Virus record (IMG/VR): IMGVR_UViG_3300032893_000025 | Location: 1-64,000 of that record | Strand: one strand, 5' to 3' | DNA from: a virus | DNA length: 64,000 nucleotides | Part shown: positions 15,995-25,700 of the stretch, piece after piece | How the letters are laid out: each line of letters starts with the position of its first letter | Position numbering within the stretch: the first letter of the stretch is position 1 | The notes under the pieces: model-generated | Databases searched by the model: none | What the model saw: only the letters and a program-made list of their open reading frames with translations | What the model was told of the DNA's origin: nothing | Position numbers and translations under genes: made by a program

Positions 15995-16070
15995 ACTTCC
16001 TTAGCTCAGTTGGTTTAGTAGCACTTGTTTTACACACAAGATGTCAAAGGTTCGAATCCTTTAGGAAGTA
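15995..16070 (+). tRNA. tRNA-Val(UAC)
   Basis: Acceptor ACTTCCT/AGGAAGT; CTTGT-TT TAC AC-ACAAG; AAAGG-TTCGAAT-CCTTT. Confidence 0.92.
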
Positions 16071-16090
16071 CAAAAAATTTGTGTCTCAGA

Positions 16091-19000
16091 TTATTTATTT
16101 ATTATCTGTTGTGTCAATGACTGAATTCTTGCAGTAGTATTAGTTAAAGGAAACCAATTCTTTATAGCTACCCAAGTTTTAGATTGATCCTTATAAATTC
16201 CTTGATGATACATATCATCCCCTCCTGTTATTAATGTTGTAGCTCTTGCTAGTACTTTTTCTGTATCAGTAATTACTTTAGCCATTGGTAAAGGATCTCT
16301 TAATATAGTTTTAAATTGAATAGGATCAATATAAAAATCTATATCCATCTGCATCCTATTAAGTTGATTAATCCAGAAGAAAGATAAATATTTTATATCA
16401 GATTCATCATCGTCATCATTTAAAATGACTCCTTTAATTAATAAAGCCAATGCTGTAACAGCTATCATAGACATTATTTCTGTTAAATTAGCTCTCATAT
16501 TAGCAGCATCTACATCATCTAATCTAGACAAATTAGTTTTCTGAAAAGCTATTTTTCTTAGTAACTGTAATGTACCGTTAAATACCCCACCAAAGTAGCC
16601 ATATCTATCAAAAAACTGCCCATAACTTCTCCATCTACCTTTCTGTTCAATACCACTAATAGGATTCACCTTACCAGCGTCCATTTGTCCAAGTCTTGTA
16701 TAATATGCATTAATCATCCATTTTCTAAATACTAATAAGGATCTTCCTAATATTGTTGAATTAGCAGGTATTGGAGAGTCTGGATCATAGTTACCATGAA
16801 TATCTTTTATAACCTTATCTATCTTTAATTTAGTATTTGCCTCTAAATTTGATGGCATTTCAACTCCATTTAATAATTCTCCATTATCATTATAAGCTTC
16901 AAATAAAGATATATCTTTTCCATTTAATTTAACTTTAGTGTTTAATAACATAGCTATCATTACAGGAGCCTGATTTAAATATTCAGATCTACTCTGTAAT
17001 GTAAAGGGAGCTAACCAATTAATTCCTTTTTTAACTCTTTCAGATACATATATTTCATTTTGTAGTTCTTTTAGAGTATCATATCTATCCATTAAATGTC
17101 TAACTTTATTCATTTGAGATAAGGTTAAGTTATACCCTTTATGAAGCTGAGCATTATTAAATCTTCTACCATCAGAGCCTTCTATAAGATTATTAACATA
17201 GCCCACTGTGGAATTCATTATAGGGGAGAAAAAATTCCATCCTAATCCCTTTAATCTAACCCACATATTAAGTTGGTCTCCAATTTTAGAACCTGCTTTT
17301 ACTCCTCCTAATTCAGATAATTGCTTTTCTAATTTTCTATCTATTTGTAGAAATTCTTTCTTAGTTATGTTATGTTCATCAAAATCTTTTATGTTTTGAG
17401 CCTTTAAAGCCTCTATTTCTTCTCTTACTTTTTGCTCTTTGGATGTATATACTTTTTTTCCAAATTTTAATTCTACCTTATGCATAGCTTCTCCATAAAA
17501 CTTCTTCATAAAATATTCTACAGAATCTTTAAAGTTATTCAATCCTTTCTTAGAGATAGGATCTCCATATTGGTCATTTATAACTTCACCAGCATTATTA
17601 GTTTCTTGTTCTAAAGCATTATTAATAATACCCTGAGTAATACTCATAGCATCCTCAATTTTAGCTTTATGTTTAAACCCAATAGCCATTAATGAATAAG
17701 CTTTTACTAGTTTTTCTAAATCATTACTTCTTTCATTAGCAACCTGATCTTTAATTTCTCTAGTCCATTCTTGTATTTGTTCTACAGTTGGAGTATTTCC
17801 AGTTTGTTGTTTAAGTTCTAAAGACTTTCTGAATATATAATCTTTAATTATTTTATCAATATTGGTTATATATCTTACTCTTAACTCTCTTTCTCTCTCA
17901 CCTTCAACATCTCTTTTTTCACTAGATTCTGTAGTTACAGATCCTTTAGTTCTTATACTTTCTTTCCATAAATCCCATATAGGAGTTAACCCACCACTCA
18001 TACCATTTTGGGTATACTGTTCTATTAAAGTCTTTTCCATAAAAGGAAGAGTATTAACCTGAAACTCTTCGGTCATATCTGATGGTAAATAAGAATTTAC
18101 TTCATGTAGAGTATCTATGATATAGTTATATAAAGCTAATAGCTTATCATTGTTTTCTATTTTTTCAAAGTTTTTATCATAAAATTCAGTATTCTTGCCA
18201 TTAACAATTCTTCTAGGTACAGTCTTTGTATATCTATTGCTTGGGGTTATATAATCTCCTGCTACTTTTTGTATAGTACCTTCAAAAAAGTTTTCTGCAA
18301 CTAAATAAGGACTAAATTTAGCATCATATTCTCTTATTTTTATTTCCTTAGCAGCATCTTCTAGTAAATCATCGTCTAATTGAGATATAAAAACATCTCT
18401 ATCATCTTTAAATTGTTTAAGTTGCTTTTCAGCAGCTTCTAAATAAAATTTATATCCTTTTTGTCCCAAATTAGTTATTAATTCTTGTCTGTGATTCTGT
18501 ATATCACTATCACTAAAGCTATTTTCATATAAATCCTTATTGGGAAACAATTTTCTAGCATCTAACATTAGAGAGTATTTCTTAGTTTCCGTAATATAAT
18601 CTCTAATAAGTTTATTTTTTTGTTTTCTTCTTTCTTCTGGGTCAGCAATTTCATCAGCAAGGTTTAATTCTTTTTTAAAATTTCTGCTTCTAGCTTTATT
18701 CCAATCGAAATAAGCTTGGGTATATCTATAAGTTAAATCTCCAGTTTTCCTATTATCTGTATTACTTGCTCTTTGAGCAAACAATTCATTAATATCCTTT
18801 TTACTATAAGATTTACCTATTTCTTTAAATACATCATCTAAACCATCAAATACATACTTAGCTTCTTTATGTGTTTCAAAGCTTGCTTCCTTATTCCATA
18901 CAAACATACTTTTAGCTAAGATATTATCTGTTTCACTAATATCTAAAGTAAGACTTGTTAATTTACCAACATCTGTTAGTAAAGCTTTATAATCAACATT

Positions 19001-19687
19001 AGCATCTTCTCCCCATTTTTCTTTAACTTTATCTTCAATTTTACTTTGAGCTATTTGTAACCATTTATTCCATAATCCCTCAGCCTTGGCTTGGTATCTT
19101 TTTAATTCTTCTCCTATAGGATACATTAAAGTATTCTTAGGGTCTTGTATTTGCTTTAATTCATTTTCATCGAAGAATATATGTCCTTCTTTAAAATCAC
19201 CAGCAGCCATCCACAATCTTATAGGTCTTTTTATATTAGTTAAATCCGATAAAGAAATATCCTTTTTATCTAATATTTTTCCTACTTCTTCTATATCTTG
19301 TTGAGCGAATTTTAAAGAATCTTCTAATACCTGAGATTTAGAAAGTTCTCCTATTTTAGTATCAGTTTCTTCAACCTGTTTCTCAAGATAAGAAACTTCT
19401 TTATTGAGTTTTAATTTTTCTTCTCCAGATTTATCTTTAAGTTCAGCTCTTTTTGAACTTATTCTTTTGTATAATAAACTTTTCTTTTGTTGTAAATTAT
19501 CTATAATAGTTTGAAATCTTGGTTTTTCAGTTTTAGCCTCAATTAAACCTTCATCAACGAGTTGTTCTAATGAAGGTATCTCTTCTCCATTAGCTAGCCA
19601 TAATCTATAACTTTCAGCATCTGAACCAGTGATTTTAACTAATTTCTTCCATTCAGGAGTATTGCGATTTGGACATTTAACTGCCAT
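16091..19687 (-). CDS. large virion-associated / ejected protein downstream of the vRNAP
   Basis: 1198 aa; N-terminal CPN...EWKKLV motif, coiled coils and C-terminal hydrophobic segments; crAss-like gene order. Confidence 0.6.
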   Translation of the reverse strand: MAVKCPNRNTPEWKKLVKITGSDAESYRLWLANGEEIPSLEQLVDEGLIEAKTEKPRFQTIIDNLQQKKSLLYKRISSKRAELKDKSGEEKLKLNKEVSYLEKQVEETDTKIGELSKSQVLEDSLKFAQQDIEEVGKILDKKDISLSDLTNIKRPIRLWMAAGDFKEGHIFFDENELKQIQDPKNTLMYPIGEELKRYQAKAEGLWNKWLQIAQSKIEDKVKEKWGEDANVDYKALLTDVGKLTSLTLDISETDNILAKSMFVWNKEASFETHKEAKYVFDGLDDVFKEIGKSYSKKDINELFAQRASNTDNRKTGDLTYRYTQAYFDWNKARSRNFKKELNLADEIADPEERRKQKNKLIRDYITETKKYSLMLDARKLFPNKDLYENSFSDSDIQNHRQELITNLGQKGYKFYLEAAEKQLKQFKDDRDVFISQLDDDLLEDAAKEIKIREYDAKFSPYLVAENFFEGTIQKVAGDYITPSNRYTKTVPRRIVNGKNTEFYDKNFEKIENNDKLLALYNYIIDTLHEVNSYLPSDMTEEFQVNTLPFMEKTLIEQYTQNGMSGGLTPIWDLWKESIRTKGSVTTESSEKRDVEGERERELRVRYITNIDKIIKDYIFRKSLELKQQTGNTPTVEQIQEWTREIKDQVANERSNDLEKLVKAYSLMAIGFKHKAKIEDAMSITQGIINNALEQETNNAGEVINDQYGDPISKKGLNNFKDSVEYFMKKFYGEAMHKVELKFGKKVYTSKEQKVREEIEALKAQNIKDFDEHNITKKEFLQIDRKLEKQLSELGGVKAGSKIGDQLNMWVRLKGLGWNFFSPIMNSTVGYVNNLIEGSDGRRFNNAQLHKGYNLTLSQMNKVRHLMDRYDTLKELQNEIYVSERVKKGINWLAPFTLQSRSEYLNQAPVMIAMLLNTKVKLNGKDISLFEAYNDNGELLNGVEMPSNLEANTKLKIDKVIKDIHGNYDPDSPIPANSTILGRSLLVFRKWMINAYYTRLGQMDAGKVNPISGIEQKGRWRSYGQFFDRYGYFGGVFNGTLQLLRKIAFQKTNLSRLDDVDAANMRANLTEIMSMIAVTALALLIKGVILNDDDDESDIKYLSFFWINQLNRMQMDIDFYIDPIQFKTILRDPLPMAKVITDTEKVLARATTLITGGDDMYHQGIYKDQSKTWVAIKNWFPLTNTTARIQSLTQQIINK

Positions 19688-19707
19688 AATTCTAATTTTC
19701 TGTAAAT

Positions 19708-22700
19708 TTACCTACATTTTTTCATTCTATCAAGTATTTCTTCATTAGAAATTAAACTTATTTTATCTTTTAAATTTAACTCTCTCTGATCTAACTTGAT
19801 ATAATAATATTCTTTTTTATTATTTAATCCTATATCTTCTCCTACAGTTGTTCCTATAGTAGCTTTATATAAGACTTGTTCTTTATTAATAGTTTGTGCC
19901 CTTTTAAGCATTGCTTTATATCTATCACCGTTGCTAAATCTATCATCAACCATTAATACTTTTTGCCTACCATCAGAGTTTAATTCTCCGAATCTATTTA
20001 AAGTATCTTCTTTACTTATTGTATTAGGTAATAAATATACTTCTCTATCAGTTATTTTAGATAAATCTATCTCTCTCCATTGATTACCATATTCATCATT
20101 AATAATTTTAACATTGTCTTTACCAAATTGTTTCTCTAATATATTACCTACTTTAATTTCATAGAAAGCTTCAATAGGTTTGAGTTTTTCTATACCTTGA
20201 GATTTAAATTCAGCTTTTTTATCTTCTAGTCTTTTTATTTCACTAGGAGCTTCTTTTATTTCCCCAATTTTTTGATTTCTAACTGATATTTTATGTTCAA
20301 GAGCAATTACTTTTTGCCTATCTTCAACTAAATATCTGTCACTATTAGAAGAATTATTAAATATTGCAATAGCTTCCTCTCTGGTGATTGGTAATATTTT
20401 AATTTGAGGTTTATTTCTTTCTGTATTATATCCATGTATATAATACCCTTCATAATTTTCACCTAATGCATCTCTATGCTCTTGGTATGAATCATAACCA
20501 AAATAGGATTTATTATATATTTCTTTTCTACTATAAGTACTTTCTACTCTAACATAACTATAATCTTCAAATCCATATTTATTTGCAGTTTTTCTATCTA
20601 CAGTTGGTTCTTGAGTTGTTAAATTGGAACTAAAAGTCTTTTTTAAAGTAGTTATTTCTTTACGAAGATTGTTTATCTCTTCTTCTAATCCTGGTATAGA
20701 ATCTTCCTTACCTAAAAATGTTTGTGTATGTTCTATAGCTCTATTTATATTTAATATCTCATTGGCCAATGTTTCGTGTCCTTCTACTTTAGCAGCAGTT
20801 TCACCTTTAGGAAATAATACTTTCTCATATCCTTTCTTAGCACTATCTTGAATAATAGATTTAATAAAGAATGTAACCCAGTTATTATCTTTGTTAAGGA
20901 GTTGGAGAAATTGATTTTCTGGACTATTATCAGAAACAAAGTTCCATCTTTCTTTACCGGTTAAAGATTTATAATCTCTACCTTTCTGAAATAAATCAGA
21001 TTGTATTTCTAATATACGTCTATCTTTAGTTATATTCCCACCAATAGTATTTCTTTTAGTTCTAGGTTCACCTGTAGATAAATCTGGTTCCTCATCAGTA
21101 GTAATAGTAGCATTGTTTACTTTAGTATCACTTCTAAACCAACCTATACCTTTATCTGTACTAAATTGAGCATGCCCTTTAATATTAGGTGTAATTAATG
21201 GAGTAGATATTTCATTTTCAGTATAGTTAGTACCGCCCGGTACTGTTAGATTTGAATAATAAGATGTAGATTGTTGATTCTTATATCTCTTAGATTCTAA
21301 GTAAGTTTCAGCTTCTTTTCTTGTATTAAAAGAAATATAAGCTCCATCATCTTCTTCAACAATATACTCAGTTTTTATAATTTTCCCTTCTTTATCTTTA
21401 AAATGCGATTCTTCTATGTTTCCAGTAAGAGAATCAAACTTTTTCTTAGCAGTATTAACTTCAACAGTATAACTATAATTAGCAAGAATAGAAGATATAA
21501 TTTCTTCTTTGGTCATTCCATCTTTAGCAGATTCTTTGAACATATCAACCTGTTCTTTAGGAACTCCTTGTTTCTGAAGATCGTTTAACCAACCTTGTAA
21601 TTTAGAAAATTCAAATTTATTACGTTGAATATTTTGTAAGCCTTTTATCAATTTTAAAGTATAACTAATAGCAGCTTCGTTAATTCCAGGATATAATGTT
21701 TCTATTGTCTGGCCTTCTTGTGTGAAAGCTTGAGTAGTATCATGTTCAATAATAGTTAATACATCATCTATAGCGGAAGCTAACATAGAGTTTTTATTTA
21801 CATTTAATCCTAAAGCATTAAAGAATTGTTTTAATTTATCTAAAAATACTTCAAACCAAGGTTTGCCTTCACTATTCGCAGGTATTTCATTAAGTATCTT
21901 CTGAAACTCACCATCAGTCATTAACATAGTTACAAATTCTTCTAAATTTGTAGCTCCATAATATTTACTTAATTCTTCATCAGTCATAGATTCATACTTC
22001 TCAGTTCTTTTAGCTATAAACTTATCCATAACTTCTTTAGTAATGGATGATTTATGCCTATTAAAACTTTGATTTAAGCTATCTATAGCATCTTTAACTT
22101 TAGGATCTAGTTTTTCTCCTTTACTCCAAGCTTGAATAGCAGGTATAGTAAATCCATGCAATACTTCATGTAATACAGTTTTACTTAATTCATTTACTGA
22201 AGTATGTTTTTCATTATCTAAATTAATTTTTACAGTACCATTAGCATATCTTCCTCTTACTTTTTCAAGTTCTGTAGATAATCTTAAATTTCTATCTCCG
22301 TAATTATTTAATAGTTCAGACGCTAATAATTGATAATATTGGTCATCTGAATTAATAACTATATTTTCAAGTACCCTTTTAACATTACCTTTATCAACTA
22401 TTTCAAGTATATCTCCAGGTTTCTTAACTTTAGTAGATTCTGGATTAATTGTAGTTTCTGAATAGTAGTTGTTATCTATTGGAAATCTTGAAGTAGATTT
22501 ACTAACTTCAGCTTTATTTGTGTTAGTTATAAAACTTGAAGTAGCTACTTCATCAGTATTAGCATTAAATTCATCTATACCGTTAAATCCTAAATTATCT
22601 ACTCTAAAATACATAGGGTAACCTAAAGAATCATTTCTTCCATAATATCTAAATAATACATTCTTACTACTTCCTTTAGGTTTCATAGGATCATTAATAG

Positions 22701-25700
22701 CTAAAAATTCAGGAGGAACTTGGTCTTGCCCTCTTTTAACATAGAAATCATCATTCTTTAAACTAAATCTTGTAATACTAACTCTTCCTTTTGGTAAGTT
22801 TTTATCCTTAATTACATTATCTATATCCTTTGTTCCAACTCTTTCAACCTTATCAGCATTATGTTGTATATACTGTTCGATAAAGTTCTGTAACATCCAG
22901 TAAGGTAATTCAAATGAAGGAATCTTCATAAAATCTGAATCTTCGAATTTCTTATTAGAGTATAATTCAGATAAACTATCAGCAAATCCTATAGAATATA
23001 AATAAGATGGCGGTATGTGTTTAATATATTGAGTAGCTTCTTGTACACCCCCAGACAAATAAGCTGCTTCAACTAAGTCTTTGAATAACTTTCTTGTAGT
23101 GTAATTAGTTCCTTCAATAGCAGTATCATTCGTATATAAATCTATAAAAGAAGTATATGTAGCTAAATTAGCAGCGTCATCTCTTACAGCATCTATTTTA
23201 ATTGTAGATGGTCTACCATTCTTATTTATATCAGGTTGTACTTTACTTAAAAAAGGATGATCTTTATATTTAGATTGAGCTTTTACTTGTTTAACTATAG
23301 AAGCTAAAGATTTATTACTGTCGCTATCTATAAATAATCTTTCTCTTTCTAAATTAAGATCTCCTCCAAATAATCCTAAATTATTTAATGTATACAAATA
23401 AGATTTAAAATTATTCCATATATCTCTTCTAAAATCAGCTTTACTAACTATACTTCTGTCTTCTCTACCAAGTAATTGTTCAATCTTGTTAAACATGTAA
23501 GTTATACCTTGTTCATTATAAGGTAGAAGTTGTTTCCACAGTTTATTATTTTGAAGTAACCCATAATATGTAGAAAAACCTTGGATTGTTGTTGGTTTAA
23601 TTAAATTTCCTAAATTATCAAATTCTCCCAATATAGATTCTATATTTTCTATATTCACACTTTGTAATCTTTTAACTGCTTCTTCTTTAGATAAAGTTTC
23701 AAATAAATTCTTACCCAATCCTTTACTATCTGTATTAATAGCTGATTGTATAGTACTTAAGGTTTGAGATGGTTTATCTAAATAAAGCATTTGATCTAAA
23801 GCAGTCAATTGTATATAATTAAAGTCTCCTGTTGGTTCTAATATAGAATTCTTTAAATTCTCTAAAGACAATCCTTTTCCTTTACTATATTTTTCATCAT
23901 ATAAATTACTATCATAATTTGTAGGTCTATATTTAGATAATATTTCTGAATATACTTCATTTTCTATATTAGGATTAAACTCTTTAATAGAAGATCTTTT
24001 AGATTTAAGTAAATTAAAGTAATCTTTTATAATAGGTTGAGCCATAAAATATCCGACTTCTTCTTCAAATCCTAATTGTGCTAGTAAGTTAGCATACCTA
24101 AAAGTTTGAGAATTTAAATTAAGTTTATCTAATACTTGTAACTTTTCATTGTCTACAGATACAGACTGAAGACCTGATATAATTTCTGATTTATAATACT
24201 TACCACTTAATGTTTTATTTCCACTTAAATCTCCATCAGATACTTTGTTACCAAATCTAACTCTAAATCTTTGTTTAATTCCTTCTGGAGTATTATAGAA
24301 TAAATACATTCCTTTATCCTGTATAGCAGAATTAAACATAGATGCATTACTTGTTATACCAGTACCAGATTTACCAGCTAATGCATTAAATCTCTTAGTC
24401 ATTTGGTACTTATCTGATAAGGCAGTGAAGTATTCATCTTTAGTCTTTTTATTCTGAATTTCTTTAGCTATTTCTTCGAACTTCCATGAACTTAAAGGAG
24501 TGTGTATTTGTTTTTGAACTTCTTGATTAATGTTTTTATGAACTGCAAGTCTTATATCTAATAGTTTGTTTTGTAGAGATTTGTTCCATACATCATCAGC
24601 CATTTCTAAGAATGATGCTTGTCTATTAAGTTGTCTACTTTTTCTTTCATCAAGTTCAAAAGCTAAATTTCTTAAAGTAGATTCTTCTAATTTTAATATA
24701 TCTTCCTTAGAACTAAAATCTATCTTTTCTAACTTTTTACCATTAAGGTAAGTATTATACATATAGGTGTATAACTTATCCACATCAAAGTCAGAACCCA
24801 TCTGAGCCAAGTAATCTCTTGTAGTAACAGCTATATCCCCAGATGTTTTAGGTAAAAATCCTACTATTTCAACATAACTTTGAGAGTTTAATCCTTGATT
24901 AGGAATACGCATACCAAAGATTTGCAATATTTCTTCAGGTAATTTAGTCATATCTATTTTCCCATCTTTCACAAACCTATTTATATCTAATAAATTTCCA
25001 TTATTATCTTTAAATTTCCAAGGTATTAGTATTTGTGCTGGTAATACCTTACCTTTTTCTACTCGAGATGGTAATAATTTACCTGTCCATTTATCTGTAT
25101 AAATAATTCCTTGAATATCTTTAGAAGCTTCTTCATCTACAACTTTAGCTTTTTGGTATCCTTCCTCTGTAGATAATACAAAAGAATTACCTTTAAACTT
25201 CATTTTTAGTACTCTATTCTTAACAATAGCGTTAAGTAAAGCTTCATATTTAATAGCTGAAGGACTATAAGGTAAGAAAGTTAAATACTTATCCAATTCT
25301 ATACCTTCCATATCAGCTATAGAATACCCTCTTAACATACCTTCTTCCTTAAGAATATCTCTTATTGCAGGTATATTTAAATTTCCAGACTCATCATAAA
25401 CTTCTTTTTTTAAACCTTCAAATCCATTCTTATAAAGTTGTTCATAATGTTCTTGATAAATCTTTTCTAAATCTCTTCCTTTGTAAGAATTATTATTATA
25501 TTCAAATCCATCTATATCATGTAAATTAGTAAATATATTCTTATCAGCCTGAGAAACCCTATTAATAGCATCTTTAAGTTCATCATAGGGAACATCTTGT
25601 TGCAATCTAAATCCTTTTCTACTAAGTATTTTAGTTGAATTATTTATCTCTTCAGGTGTTAATTCTTTTATATTATTATCAGAATCCCATAATTTAACAG

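Noticed and set aside
14458-16070. CRISPR array or tandem repeat in the ORF-free 1.8 kb region
   Set aside because: The roughly 78-nt periodicity is explained by tRNA cloverleaves; there are no identical direct repeats.
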